49,284 nt of DNA from Promethearchaeota archaeon (GCA_004524535.1 SDNY01000009.1:1-49284), one strand, 5' to 3'; counted from the first letter of the stretch, positions 18,227 through 29,287 are shown. The notes: a model not told the origin generated them from the sequence alone. Numbers and translations: made by a program.

Positions 18227-19036
18227 TTGATCTTGAAAAAATTAAAGGTTAAAATCTTTATTTGTTTGCTTATAATTCACTTGATTTTTACTACAAATTT
18301 TCTTATTAATAACAGCTACGCTGTTATTGAACCTGATTATGGTGTCGCTCCAGAAATTGATGGTGATATTGATAGATCAGAAAAAGAGTGGGTAAATGCA
18401 ACCAAAGAAAAGATTAACTTAATTAGTTTGAGTCCTACTGATCCGGGAATCCCAATCGAATTATGGGTAATGCAAAATAATTCAGATCTTTATATTTCTA
18501 TTCAATTTGAGCTCGAAACACATAATTCTCAAGAATTTATTGGGATTTTAATTTCTGAGAGTGAAGCTACTAGCAATGAATCTTTTATCGATGCAAAAAT
18601 ACTTCAATTCTATAATTTGGGAGAAATAGGTGAAAAATACGAATATATAGATTGTTATCTTTTAAATGATGAATTCTTCATCGATCAAGAAACTAACGGG
18701 GAAGCCGCAGCAAAATTAGATGGAAATGAAATTGTCTATGAATTTAGAATACCAGTAAATAACTCAGATGATGATCAAGATGTTTTTTTAGATTTTGGAG
18801 AGAAATATGCATTTAAAATCGTTTATGGTGAAAATCCCGATTATCCCAATGGCATTAAAAAAAATAATATTGTTTTGATTGAAATTGAATATCAAAAAAA
18901 AAAAAAAGAAAACATATGGATTTTGGTGCATAATATTTTATGTATAATTATTTTTTTTGGTCTTGGAGGCCTTTTTGCTTTGTATATATATAAAATAATG
19001 GTAATAAAGAAAAAAATTAGAAGGGTAAGAGAATAA
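18227..19036 (+). CDS. Membrane-anchored extracellular protein, CBM9/DOMON-like domain
   Basis: N-terminal signal peptide, APEIDGDID...EWVNA, LYISI, VYEFRIP, acidic ectodomain, C-terminal TM helix plus basic tail. Confidence 0.65.
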   Translation: MILKKLKVKIFICLLIIHLIFTTNFLINNSYAVIEPDYGVAPEIDGDIDRSEKEWVNATKEKINLISLSPTDPGIPIELWVMQNNSDLYISIQFELETHNSQEFIGILISESEATSNESFIDAKILQFYNLGEIGEKYEYIDCYLLNDEFFIDQETNGEAAAKLDGNEIVYEFRIPVNNSDDDQDVFLDFGEKYAFKIVYGENPDYPNGIKKNNIVLIEIEYQKKKKENIWILVHNILCIIIFFGLGGLFALYIYKIMVIKKKIRRVRE

Positions 19037-19037
19037 T

Positions 19038-19466
19038 ATGCCAAAATTTAAAAAAGAAATAAAAAAGAAATCAGAATCAAAAAGGGTACCTGATGAAAAA
19101 TTAATTTTAAAATCCGCAAAAATTTCCGCCATCTTAGCAGGCGTTTTTTTAGTTTTATCGCTGTTCTTTAATGGAACGGAGTTGTTTTTTGAAGGAATTA
19201 TTATTAAGTATGTTAAAAAAGAGGCGCATTGGGAAATTTTAGATAATGTGATTAAAGTAGGCGTAATCGTTTTAGAATTTTTTTTTATGATGATAAGCTT
19301 TGGAAATTATAAAGAGCTAACAGGTAAACCAGTTAAATTAAAAGAAATATTATTTTTATTTGGACTTTCCTTAGTCCAAACAATTCGAAGTCTCATTGTT
19401 TTTATATTTACTCTTATAGCACTTATTATAGTAATTTTTTACTTATATTTAATTCAGGAGAGTTAA
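19038..19466 (+). CDS. Hypothetical integral membrane protein
   Basis: 3-4 hydrophobic segments; starts 1 nt after the upstream stop. Confidence 0.7.
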   Translation: MPKFKKEIKKKSESKRVPDEKLILKSAKISAILAGVFLVLSLFFNGTELFFEGIIIKYVKKEAHWEILDNVIKVGVIVLEFFFMMISFGNYKELTGKPVKLKEILFLFGLSLVQTIRSLIVFIFTLIALIIVIFYLYLIQES

Positions 19467-19579
19467 GTTTAAGGAAACTATTCTTTTAAGATTTAAGTTA
19501 TTTACCATCTATGAAAAAACATCTCATAAAAAAAGGCATATTTTGCAGTTTCCTATATAGACAATAATAGATTATCAAG

Positions 19580-20314
19580 ATGTTATTGAAAATCGGTCAC
19601 AGAGGCACATTGGTTGATTTTGATGAAAATACGATAGGGGCTTTTAAAAAAGCTGTAGAATATGGAGCCGATTATATTGAATTCGATATTCATCGAACAA
19701 AAGATGGTCAATTGATTGTTATGCATGATAAATCCCTCAATCGAACAACAACAGGTTCGGGACTTATTAAAAATTGTTATTTTTCCGAAATTTTGAATTA
19801 TGAAACAAAAATTAAACATGAACATATTCCTCGATTATTTGAAATATTAGATAAATTCAGAGATGAAGTCAATTTCATAATAGAATTAAAAGAAGAAGGA
19901 ATAAGAGAATATGTTTTAAATTTGGTGAATGAAATAGGACTATTAAATAAGTGTGTCTTAAGTGGAAGAAGATTAAATGACTTAATATTGATTAAAAATT
20001 CATTTCCGGAAGCAAAAATATGCTATAATATTACAAAAGGACATGATTTACGATTAAAAGATTTTTTAAAATTGGAAAATCTTAAAATAAAACAATTTAA
20101 TCTCGATATGATAAGTTTAAAATCAAAATTTATTATTCCTGAATTCATAGATAAATGTCAGAAAAATGAAATTTTAGCATTATCATGGGATTTTCTTTAT
20201 TATCAAAATCCATTAGAGGAAATAAAATCATTAATTAATTTGGGAATTGATGGTATATTATTTGATGATTATAAAAAGATCCCCATTATTAAACAATGGG
20301 AAAAAAAGGATTGA
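19580..20314 (+). CDS. Glycerophosphodiester phosphodiesterase
   Basis: GHRG, ENT, IEFDIHRTKDGQLIVMHD, IELK, GIDGILFD. Confidence 0.94.
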   Translation: MLLKIGHRGTLVDFDENTIGAFKKAVEYGADYIEFDIHRTKDGQLIVMHDKSLNRTTTGSGLIKNCYFSEILNYETKIKHEHIPRLFEILDKFRDEVNFIIELKEEGIREYVLNLVNEIGLLNKCVLSGRRLNDLILIKNSFPEAKICYNITKGHDLRLKDFLKLENLKIKQFNLDMISLKSKFIIPEFIDKCQKNEILALSWDFLYYQNPLEEIKSLINLGIDGILFDDYKKIPIIKQWEKKD

Positions 20315-20318
20315 ATTT

Positions 20319-22364
20319 TCAAATAATTATCGATGAACCTGTCGGAAGGTTTAATTCAATCTCATCAATAGATAATAGATTTAGCCATTTTTTCATATCT
20401 TTATTAGAATTTTTTAGAAAATGGTTTTTTATCTCTTTTGCTAATTTTCCTTTGCTCAAACCAGTTTTAGATGGCTTAATAACAATAAAATTCTTTGATT
20501 GTCCTATAATAGCATTTATTGGGGCAGATAATATTTTTGGATAAAATCCTTTTGTATGTTGGTCTGAATCAGTTTCCATCTCAATAAATTCTAAACTTAT
20601 TGCTAATTCTGTTTTAGCTTTTTTTATAAATTTTTTTTTACCAGATATTATGAATGAACCCTTTGGTAAATACTCACCAGAGGGCGGACTTTTAGAAACT
20701 TGTGATGGTAAAACATAAAATACATCAACAACTCCCCAGTTCTCTTTCCAAGCGCTAGAATAACTTGCTACAAAATCTGCAGCTTCTAGAATTGTTTTTT
20801 CGGGAATTTCTTTATTTTCAGGATTTTTTATAATTGCTAAGGGAGAACCAGGGAAATTTGTGTGAAAAACTAAATCATTTGAATCCAAATATTTCTTAAA
20901 TACAGTTTCATTAGAGCTTGCATCTCTACCTCCGATTACTAAAAAGTCGTCTGACGATTTAAACCATCTAAATTTCTCAAACCATTTTTTTTTTGGCTTT
21001 TTTATTAAAAAACTAACTTCAGTCTCCATTGAATTTTTTTCAAGTTTTAGCTTTTCAATATTTTTTTTAGTTTTTTCTAAGGCCAGAATCGTTCCTTTTA
21101 TTTTTTTTTCTGCTTTTTTTCCTTTCTCGTAAATTAAACTCGCGCTTTCTCCAATAGTTATATCTAAGTTCAAATATATTTCGTTATCGTTAAAATCTAT
21201 AACAAGTTGCTTAGTAGAAGGTATAATTTTTTTAAAAAAATCAATACTATCAAATTTTTCGAGATCAGCTTGTTGTAATTTATTATTAATTTCCTCCAAT
21301 TTATACCCTTTAGACTTAGCTGTCTTTATAACATTTAATAATTCTTCCAAGGGGTTAAAATTGGAATAAATAAAATTCCCTTGTTCATAATATTTTTTCT
21401 TTTTTAATTTGAGTTCTTCCAGATAGTCTAGTTGATTTTTTAAAATTTTTTTCTGCGATTTAATTTTTTCTTTAATTTTTTCATCGCTTGGTTTCATAAT
21501 AATTTCAGAGTCGATTATGGAATAAAATTTATCTACAGCATTATTGAAAGAATCAAATTCCTGCTTTTCAAATTCATTAAACATTTTGATTTCAAATGGA
21601 ATAACGAATAGCTGTTCTCCATTATCAGCTTTGACAATCTGGGCGGTTATATTGCCAAAAAGTAATTGATTTCTTAAATTTTTAAATGACTTAAATAGAT
21701 TATTAAGATCTCCCTCAATTAAATCCTTTCCAAGTGCTTTTTTATCGACTTCAGCTCTATAACATATCTCTTCACTATATAATCCTGCTATATTTATATT
21801 TCTAGCCAAAAATCTAACAATTTCAACATCAGAGTTTTTAATCAATTCTTTAAAATCGTTCTGATTTATTGTTAGAAAATCCTTGCCTCTTGATAAAGGA
21901 AATGAGTACTCTTTTCCAGCTAAAACATCTCTATCCTTAAATTTTCTATATTTTTTTGCGACTTTTATTATTTTGTTTTCATCAATAAGAATGAAATTCC
22001 CTTTATCAAAGAGTTCAATTATGAATCTCCAAGGTTCAGAATCAGTATTATACAATTCAAAAATTATTATTCTATCAAAATTATATTGATATACGCTTAA
22101 AATTCTCCTGTTTTTTAAAAATTTCCTTAGAGACATTATATATTGTGATGGGTATTTAGGAATGGGGTAATCATATTCTGTTAAATTTATCCTTGTGTCT
22201 CTTTTAATAATTAAATTTCTTTTTCCTTCTTTAGTATTTATTTTTAATATTAGCAAATCTTCAATCTCGTACACATTCGAAATTGTGGAATCACGCAACA
22301 TTAGGTCAAGTTCTTTAGAAATTGCGAATACATCAACATTGGTAAACGACTTTATTGTTTTCAT
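20319..22364 (-). CDS. rqcH: Ribosome quality-control factor RqcH/NEMF (NFACT family)
   Basis: QYNFDRII, IELFDKGNFIL, coiled coil, KKWFEKFRWFKSSDDFLVIGGRDA, QVSKSPPSGEYLPKGSF. Confidence 0.93.
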   Translation of the reverse strand: MKTIKSFTNVDVFAISKELDLMLRDSTISNVYEIEDLLILKINTKEGKRNLIIKRDTRINLTEYDYPIPKYPSQYIMSLRKFLKNRRILSVYQYNFDRIIIFELYNTDSEPWRFIIELFDKGNFILIDENKIIKVAKKYRKFKDRDVLAGKEYSFPLSRGKDFLTINQNDFKELIKNSDVEIVRFLARNINIAGLYSEEICYRAEVDKKALGKDLIEGDLNNLFKSFKNLRNQLLFGNITAQIVKADNGEQLFVIPFEIKMFNEFEKQEFDSFNNAVDKFYSIIDSEIIMKPSDEKIKEKIKSQKKILKNQLDYLEELKLKKKKYYEQGNFIYSNFNPLEELLNVIKTAKSKGYKLEEINNKLQQADLEKFDSIDFFKKIIPSTKQLVIDFNDNEIYLNLDITIGESASLIYEKGKKAEKKIKGTILALEKTKKNIEKLKLEKNSMETEVSFLIKKPKKKWFEKFRWFKSSDDFLVIGGRDASSNETVFKKYLDSNDLVFHTNFPGSPLAIIKNPENKEIPEKTILEAADFVASYSSAWKENWGVVDVFYVLPSQVSKSPPSGEYLPKGSFIISGKKKFIKKAKTELAISLEFIEMETDSDQHTKGFYPKILSAPINAIIGQSKNFIVIKPSKTGLSKGKLAKEIKNHFLKNSNKDMKKWLNLLSIDEIELNLPTGSSIII

Positions 22365-22443
22365 AATTCTTAATTTTTACGGTTTTTTTTAAGTCCAAGA
22401 TGTATAATGATTTTTATAATAATAACTATTTATAATAGTAATT

Positions 22444-22872
22444 ATGGCATCAAAGAAAAAGCACGCTAAAAGATTTGATGTTCGTAAAAAACGAGCAAAG
22501 CTACTAAAAGAGAGAGAAAAACAGCAACCAAAAGAAGAACGGGAAGAAAAAAAGAAATTTAAAACAGAAAAAGAAGAAAAATTGGAAATTAGATTAGAAA
22601 AGGAGACAAAATTATATTGGATGAGGGCAGCTACTGGCGTAATGAGTGCGATAATAGGTTCTTTAATAGGTTTAACAAGTTGGTGGCTTTTCCTATGGAT
22701 GTTAACTTTTTGGTTAGGATTTCCTTTTTTAGCGAGTTTTCTCATTCTAAGATATAAATATGACAAAGAAGAATGGAATTGGAAAAATATAATCAGGCCT
22801 GGTATTGGGATTTTTTTCTTCTTGTTTATGATAATAGCAGTATTAATTCATACATTACGAGTAACCACTTAG
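22444..22872 (+). CDS. EMC6/Rab5ip-like three-helix membrane protein with charged N-terminal extension
   Basis: KLYWMRAATGVMSAIIGSLIGLTSW...GIGIFFFLFMIIAVLIHTL matches the EMC6 three-TM layout by eye. Confidence 0.6.
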   Translation: MASKKKHAKRFDVRKKRAKLLKEREKQQPKEEREEKKKFKTEKEEKLEIRLEKETKLYWMRAATGVMSAIIGSLIGLTSWWLFLWMLTFWLGFPFLASFLILRYKYDKEEWNWKNIIRPGIGIFFFLFMIIAVLIHTLRVTT

Positions 22873-22874
22873 AT

Positions 22875-23399
22875 TTATAAGATTTGTTGTTTAATTTTTT
22901 TTTCTTTTCTCCCTTTTGAAATAAAGGTAATTTCATCTAGCTTATAAATACGATCGCAGTAAACGCATTGTATCTTTAAAGGTTTTTCCGTGAGGACTGT
23001 GAACTCTGTATCTATCGGCTCTTTTCCCCCCGAGGGGAGTTCAGCATTAGTGATACATGTTATATTTTGACAGACAATTAATTTCTTAATTATTTCTGGA
23101 ATTTTAACTTTTTTCTTTTCAATAACCTTATAATCTTCTATTAAGGAGATAGTAGCATTTGGGGAAAGAATTGAAATCTGCTGCATTTGAATTTCGTTAA
23201 GAAAAACATTCTCAATTTTAATTATATCTTTTTTCGGGATTTTTTTTGAGAGTACATTTATCCCTATTGTCATTAGATTTGGTGATTCTGCTATTCCTGT
23301 GAGATCTAAAATAGTTAACGCATATCCTGCGTTAATATGGTCAATAACCGTTCCTTTTCGTATTTTTTCAATTTTTAATTTATCTTCAGACATCTTCAT
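22875..23399 (-). CDS. pyrI: Aspartate carbamoyltransferase regulatory subunit
   Basis: IRKGTVIDHI, KKDIIKIE, Zn ligands CQNITC and CVYC. Confidence 0.96.
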   Translation of the reverse strand: MKMSEDKLKIEKIRKGTVIDHINAGYALTILDLTGIAESPNLMTIGINVLSKKIPKKDIIKIENVFLNEIQMQQISILSPNATISLIEDYKVIEKKKVKIPEIIKKLIVCQNITCITNAELPSGGKEPIDTEFTVLTEKPLKIQCVYCDRIYKLDEITFISKGRKEKKIKQQIL

Positions 23400-23432
23400 T
23401 CAATCATATTATTATATTTCTGATAAATATTA

Positions 23433-24524
23433 TTACGCAATCGCAATCGCAATAAAAAACAAAATAGAGGTCACAACAAAATTAAAACTTAAATTATCAT
23501 CTATTTCAAAATCCAAATAATCTAACACCCCGATAATAACTGCACCAACTAGAGGGATTAATAAAAAACCTAAAAAACTTAAAATGAAAAATCTACTCAA
23601 TATAATTAAAATAATAATTCCTGATATAAAAGATATAAAAATTCCAGCAAATAATCCAATATATGTTTTTTTTGTATCCCGAATGTTTTTATATTTAGAT
23701 CCTATTGTTCTTCCAAATAAATTAGAGGCGATATCTCCAAAAATTGCCATTGTCATTGAAGTACATATTATCAATGGACCAATTGGTTGAAATAAGCCAA
23801 ACAAAATAGTAATTGAGAAGCATCCAACAGCCATGGATATCTGAGGACCTAACCGCATTTGATAACGTTCTTTTTCTTTTAATATTCGATTAACAGGTTT
23901 TAAAGGATAAAGCTGTGGTTTTAAAATTCTAACAAAATCAGCAGTTAATAATCCAATTAATGAAATTCCTACTAAGAACACAACCAAATATTGTGTAAAA
24001 ATCATTTCATCTTTTTCAATATTATAAATTGAATAGAAAATTTGAGTAACAAATCCAGGTAAGAAATCTAATAGATAAACAAAAAAATTTTGAATTAGAA
24101 AACCAAGCGTAAAATAAAATAAAATTATTGCTAATACTACTAAATGTGTTAATTTCCGATAAATGTCATATTTTAGTGGTAATTCTTTTGAAGTATTATT
24201 AACTAAATCTTCTGAAAGCTCTTTTCCCTTTTTAGTTTTTCTTTTCTCGCGGACAATTAAAAGATAAAATAGTGGCAAAAAAGTAATAATAAAAATTAAC
24301 ATTAAAATATCAAATGGAAAAACAATAAAACCAATTTTAAGGGTATTTATATTATTTACCATTAACAAACTAATTGATATTGCTGTAATTAAAACTAAAG
24401 AGTTGGCTAAATTATCAATAAAAGCTTCTCTTTCACCTTTTTTTTTAGCCAAAAAGGTTATATATAACATAATTGCCCCGTAGAAATACAAAAAGCACGC
24501 AATAATAAAAGAGAGAATGTTCAA
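23433..24524 (-). CDS. CTP-dependent polyprenol/diacylglycerol kinase family (SEC59/DGK1/VTE5) membrane protein
   Basis: YRKLTHL, FGDIASNLFGR, KKTYIG, IDDNL and multiple TM helices. Confidence 0.85.
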   Translation of the reverse strand: MNILSFIIACFLYFYGAIMLYITFLAKKKGEREAFIDNLANSLVLITAISISLLMVNNINTLKIGFIVFPFDILMLIFIITFLPLFYLLIVREKRKTKKGKELSEDLVNNTSKELPLKYDIYRKLTHLVVLAIILFYFTLGFLIQNFFVYLLDFLPGFVTQIFYSIYNIEKDEMIFTQYLVVFLVGISLIGLLTADFVRILKPQLYPLKPVNRILKEKERYQMRLGPQISMAVGCFSITILFGLFQPIGPLIICTSMTMAIFGDIASNLFGRTIGSKYKNIRDTKKTYIGLFAGIFISFISGIIILIILSRFFILSFLGFLLIPLVGAVIIGVLDYLDFEIDDNLSFNFVVTSILFFIAIAIA

Positions 24525-24614
24525 TAATTACCAAGCTCTTAAAATTAATAATATATTAAATTTTCTCTTTGTTTTTAAAATTTTGATTTAAAAAAAAATA
24601 AAAAAAAATAAAGA

Positions 24615-26015
24615 TTAAAATTGGGATTCATCAATTTGTGGCATTTCAGATGATGCTAATGCTTTCTTAATTTCCTCATTTGGTAATTCATAATTTTTTA
24701 AATCGCCAGTCATATATTCTTTATAAGCCATTAAATCAAAAAAACCATGACCACTGAAATTGAATAAAATTGTCTTTTTTTCGTTGTTTTCTTTAGCTTT
24801 TAATGCCTGATCAATTGTTTCTTTTACAGCATGAGCAGTTTCAGGGGCTGGAAGTATTCCTTCTGTTCTGGCGAACTGAAGTCCAGCTTCTATTACTTCA
24901 ATCTGATGATGCATTACTGATGAAATAACCTTATTGTTATGTAAAATTGAAACGATAGGGGCGATTCCATGATATCTTAGTCCTCCTGCGTGAATTGGAC
25001 TCGGAATAAATGTATGCCCTAAAGTATGCATTTTTACGATAGGCCCTTTCATAGAAGTGTCTCCGAAATCCCATCGATATTCGCCTTTACAAACGCTTGG
25101 ACATGCTCGTGGTTCTACGCCTATTATTTCTACGTCTGGAAGGGTTCCATGTATTTTATCTCTTGCAAAAGGTATCATTAACCCTGAAAAGTTTGAACCG
25201 CCTCCCATACAACCAATTATGACATCAGGTTTCGCTCCTACTTTTTCAAGTTGCACCTTTGCTTCTTGACCTACAATTGTTTGATGCAATAAAACAAAGT
25301 TTACAACACTTCCAAGAGAATATCTAATTTTATCACTTCTTAAACTGTGTTCTACTGCTTCAGATATGGCAATACCTAAACTGCCCGGATGCTCTGGATC
25401 CTTTTCTATAAAAACTTTTCCTGATTCAGTAAATCTCGAAGGACTTGCGTGGACTTCCGCATTATATGATCTCATTAAAATCTTTCGACCTGGTTTCTGA
25501 TTAAAACTTATTCTTACCATGTAAACGGTACATTTAATTCCAAATAAATTGCATCCAAAAGATAAACCAGAACCCCATTGCCCAGCTCCAGTTTCTGTAA
25601 CCAATTCTTCAAGTCCATCTTTTTTTGCATAATAAGCCTGTGCTATTGCTGTATTTGGTTTATGTGATCCTGTAGGTGAATAAGATTCGTTTTTATAGAA
25701 AATTTTAATATCGTTTCCTTCTATTCCCAATTCTTTTTCTAAACCCAAAGCACGATGAAGTGGAGATGGTCTATAAGTACTTGCATAAATCTCCCTTAAT
25801 TCATTAGGAATAGGAATTGTCGGTTCTTGGGAAACTTCTTGGAGAACGCATTCTTTTGGAAATATTGCAAAAGCCATTTCTGGTGGTGCAGGTTTTCCAT
25901 CCATCGGATTGACTAAAGGCGTCATAGGAGAGGGTAAATCAGGTAAGATATTTACCCATTCCTTGGGCACTTCATTTGGTTGTAATAAAATTCTCGAATT
26001 AAAATAATTTACCAT
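24615..26015 (-). CDS. trpB2: TrpB2 (stand-alone tryptophan synthase beta-like)
   Basis: SPTGSHKPNTAIAQAYY, TETGAGQWG, GGGSNF, IHAGGLRYHG, FSGHGFFD; ATG at 26015 preferred. Confidence 0.95.
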   Translation of the reverse strand: MVNYFNSRILLQPNEVPKEWVNILPDLPSPMTPLVNPMDGKPAPPEMAFAIFPKECVLQEVSQEPTIPIPNELREIYASTYRPSPLHRALGLEKELGIEGNDIKIFYKNESYSPTGSHKPNTAIAQAYYAKKDGLEELVTETGAGQWGSGLSFGCNLFGIKCTVYMVRISFNQKPGRKILMRSYNAEVHASPSRFTESGKVFIEKDPEHPGSLGIAISEAVEHSLRSDKIRYSLGSVVNFVLLHQTIVGQEAKVQLEKVGAKPDVIIGCMGGGSNFSGLMIPFARDKIHGTLPDVEIIGVEPRACPSVCKGEYRWDFGDTSMKGPIVKMHTLGHTFIPSPIHAGGLRYHGIAPIVSILHNNKVISSVMHHQIEVIEAGLQFARTEGILPAPETAHAVKETIDQALKAKENNEKKTILFNFSGHGFFDLMAYKEYMTGDLKNYELPNEEIKKALASSEMPQIDESQF

Positions 26016-26298
26016 TGTAATTACCAATTAATTTATTTTTTCCATATTTTAGATGTGTGTCATTATAATATTGGAAATCAATAATTATTATAGTAAAAAA
26101 GATTTAATGTAATTTAAAAATAATTAACAAAATTATTGTAAACTTCTCAACTATGAAAAAAAAATATTAAGTAAGTAAAACACAATTAGTCTAAAACATA
26201 AATGAACTTACATTACGGGCAGAAAAAAATAGTTTAAGGTGAATTAATTTAGAAGTTAACAGAATATTTGCAATATTAAATTTTAGTTTTTAATTAAT

Positions 26299-26703
26299 TT
26301 ATCTTCCTTCGAATATTTTAGCGAGATTTTTCGCTGCAATTCTCGTAACTTTTACAGTCTTCATTAATGTGTCAATAACAGTTCCAGCACATACAATTAC
26401 TAAGCGACCTGCGTTTGTGATAACAATATATCCATCCTCAGCTCTTACAATGACTTCACTTAAATCTTCTTCAAATAATCTTTGAATTGTTGATCTTCCT
26501 GTCATTAAGAGGGCGCTAGCAAGACCACAAAACTGATCTCCATCCACATGATATTGTGGCAGAGCAGAAAAGGCAATTTGGTATCCCTCTTGTGACACAA
26601 GAGCAATAGCCTCAATATCTGCGTTTGAAGTTATAAATGTAATTTGAGGGCTGATTTTTTCAATATCATCGTTTGTAATTCCCAAGTCGCTACCGAACTG
26701 CAT
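26299..26703 (-). CDS. Roadblock/LC7 (MglB/LAMTOR-like) domain protein
   Basis: IEAIALVSQEGYQIA...GLASALL...LSEVIVRAEDGYIVI. Confidence 0.9.
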   Translation of the reverse strand: MQFGSDLGITNDDIEKISPQITFITSNADIEAIALVSQEGYQIAFSALPQYHVDGDQFCGLASALLMTGRSTIQRLFEEDLSEVIVRAEDGYIVITNAGRLVIVCAGTVIDTLMKTVKVTRIAAKNLAKIFEGR

Positions 26704-26980
26704 TTTTTCATCATATTTTTTTATTTATTTTAAAAAAAAATAAGTTAATACTGTTATAGAAATAATCATAATCTAATATAATTTTATTTTTTTTTAATTT
26801 TTACCTTTCAATTTTGTATTTTTTAAATTGTCCAAAAAAACCATTAAAATTATATAAATTTAAAATTATATTAAATCTAAAAAAGGAATGTAAAACAATT
26901 CCTAGTATTTTTTTATACCTTTTACAAAAATACTTAATTAAAATATTTTATAATTTAGAATCTGTTATAAGTAGTAAATT

Positions 26981-29287
26981 ATGATAACAACTAGAGAATC
27001 TATTAATTATCAATTTTCTTTAATTTTTGGATATTCATCTCCAAATGATTTAATAGCAGGAGATATAATTGGTCCTGGTAAATTAACAAAAGATAGAGTA
27101 AAAGCGCTTTCAATAGAAGTTTTGAAATTTTTTAGAATGTATAATGCAATGCTAAGAGACTATACCGGATCTGAAATTTTTAGTATCGAGTTCTCATTGC
27201 ATAACATTGATGAGAAAGATGCTCAGATGAAAATATATCCTAAATCAATGATCTTTATTCCGGGTAAATATAAAGAATGTGAAAGTTTATTACTTGCTTT
27301 AAAACCTGAAACAGGAGTTTTAAATACTCATAGATCTAGAAAAGAATTAATTAAGATAAGTAATCTATTTTTTGAAGTTGAAGAATTTATTAATCGCCCT
27401 GATTTAGAAAGAAAAGAAAAAGAACAAATAATTAACGAGTTTGCTGCTCGTTTTAGCATGAAACTTTATGGAAAATTAATTGAAGATAAATGGAATAAGA
27501 AATTAATAGGATTTAGCACATCACTTCCAACAGAGAAAGAAATGTTAGATACATTTGCTTCAATAAAGTCTAAAATGGAAATAATATGGTATAATAGACC
27601 ATATGAGATGATAATTTCAGATTCAAAATTTGAAAAAATAAAAACACCATTTAAAGAGCAAACTGCTATTGATCATCTTAAATTTTCAATATCAGCACCT
27701 AGTGCTAATTTTGTTATCGAAAAGACTTTTATACTTGGTACAAATCTTATAGATCTGGCTAATACTGGTACAATAGACGAATCTCAAGAGGAGATTATTT
27801 CTTATCTTATCGGTTATTTGGAAGATAAAATTAGTAATGTTAAAGAAAAATGGTCAGTAAAAAGTCTTATTTCAGAAATCACAAAGATTTTAAGCGATTT
27901 AAAGAGTATTTTTAATAAATTTTTCGGATACTCTAATGATTTTCTAACTACTGGAGAAATAGGTACCTTAACTGAACTTTTAGGTAAATATAAACAGTTT
28001 ATTTTAGAAAAAGGAATACTAGAAAACAAAAATTTCGAGGACTTTTGTAATTTAGCAATTAATTCTATTAAGCAATCAATTATTAAAATTGAAAAGTTAA
28101 GGGTAATTGAATTAAAATCAGTAATATATTATTTTTCAGAGCGATTTAAAAATAGTATCTTGTTAATTAAGGAGGCATTACCAAAATATCTTTCTCGGAG
28201 AATGTTAAAGACATCAACTATAGAATTTATAAAAGAAATAAAAGAAATTTTACAAGAAGAACAGAACCCAGTGAAAATTTTAAGTAATAAATATTTAGAA
28301 AAATTTTACTCATATCTTCTTAATCAAATTGAAATAAACCCCTTGATTTCAAAAAAAGATTTCAAATTTAATGAGGAAAAGTTGATAAAAGAATTTTCAG
28401 ATTTAATAAAAAGAAGTTATCAAAATTTTTTTGATACAATTGATTTAAATATTACTGATTTAGTCTCGTTTGCTGAGGTTTTAATGGAAAAAGATCGAAA
28501 AGTAATTAAATCACATATAGAAAAATTTAAAAAATATTCAGCTGAATTACATTTTTTATTAAGCTACATTTTGAGATATACAACAATTAATCGTTATTTA
28601 AAAGAGGAATCCGATGAGGAGATATCTGATCCTGTTACTTTTGCTAATAGATTTCATCGTTTTCTGGAAAAACGAATGGGTGGAATTGATTTAGCATGGA
28701 AATCCTACATACTTGAATGGATAAAAGATTATGCAAAAATTTTTTTTAAAACTGAAGAACAAAAAGATTGGAACTTAAAAGAAACTTATAATAATTTTAT
28801 TAACTACTTGGAGGATAAAGAATCAAGCGAACAAGAATTAGAGAAATTTTTAGAATTTTTAGATGGCTATATTGCTAAAATACCTAATGAAATAGAAAAA
28901 AGGCACTTATTAGAATTTTTTAGGCAATTCGATTTTTGTATTAAAAATAAATTAGAATTCCCTAAATACTTAAAGAATAAAATAGAAGAAAAGATAAAAT
29001 CATTAGATCCTAAACTCGAAGAATTAATTCCAGTTAAATTTTTTTATATTGAAAACGATAGTTTTTTCAAGTACTTACGTGAGAGGGAGTTAAAATATCT
29101 TTCAAAACTTATCCCTCAACCTACTACGTTAATATTAAAACATAATTTAACGAATGAAGAAAAAGAATTGTTTAATGCTGATCTCTTCCATGTTTTTAAT
29201 TTTAGATTTTGGGGAAAAGATAATGTTAAAATAGAATTAGCAGATAATTTTAAAGAAGTTCATCGTGAATGGGTGAAAGAATTGTGA
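26981..29287 (+). CDS. Large hypothetical protein (768 aa, mostly helical)
   Basis: Long uninterrupted ORF; no motif recognised. Confidence 0.8.
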   Translation: MITTRESINYQFSLIFGYSSPNDLIAGDIIGPGKLTKDRVKALSIEVLKFFRMYNAMLRDYTGSEIFSIEFSLHNIDEKDAQMKIYPKSMIFIPGKYKECESLLLALKPETGVLNTHRSRKELIKISNLFFEVEEFINRPDLERKEKEQIINEFAARFSMKLYGKLIEDKWNKKLIGFSTSLPTEKEMLDTFASIKSKMEIIWYNRPYEMIISDSKFEKIKTPFKEQTAIDHLKFSISAPSANFVIEKTFILGTNLIDLANTGTIDESQEEIISYLIGYLEDKISNVKEKWSVKSLISEITKILSDLKSIFNKFFGYSNDFLTTGEIGTLTELLGKYKQFILEKGILENKNFEDFCNLAINSIKQSIIKIEKLRVIELKSVIYYFSERFKNSILLIKEALPKYLSRRMLKTSTIEFIKEIKEILQEEQNPVKILSNKYLEKFYSYLLNQIEINPLISKKDFKFNEEKLIKEFSDLIKRSYQNFFDTIDLNITDLVSFAEVLMEKDRKVIKSHIEKFKKYSAELHFLLSYILRYTTINRYLKEESDEEISDPVTFANRFHRFLEKRMGGIDLAWKSYILEWIKDYAKIFFKTEEQKDWNLKETYNNFINYLEDKESSEQELEKFLEFLDGYIAKIPNEIEKRHLLEFFRQFDFCIKNKLEFPKYLKNKIEEKIKSLDPKLEELIPVKFFYIENDSFFKYLRERELKYLSKLIPQPTTLILKHNLTNEEKELFNADLFHVFNFRFWGKDNVKIELADNFKEVHREWVKEL

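Noticed and set aside
24615-26015. Tryptophan biosynthesis operon
   Set aside because: TrpB2 stands alone with no trpA or other trp genes, which is ordinary for this subfamily.
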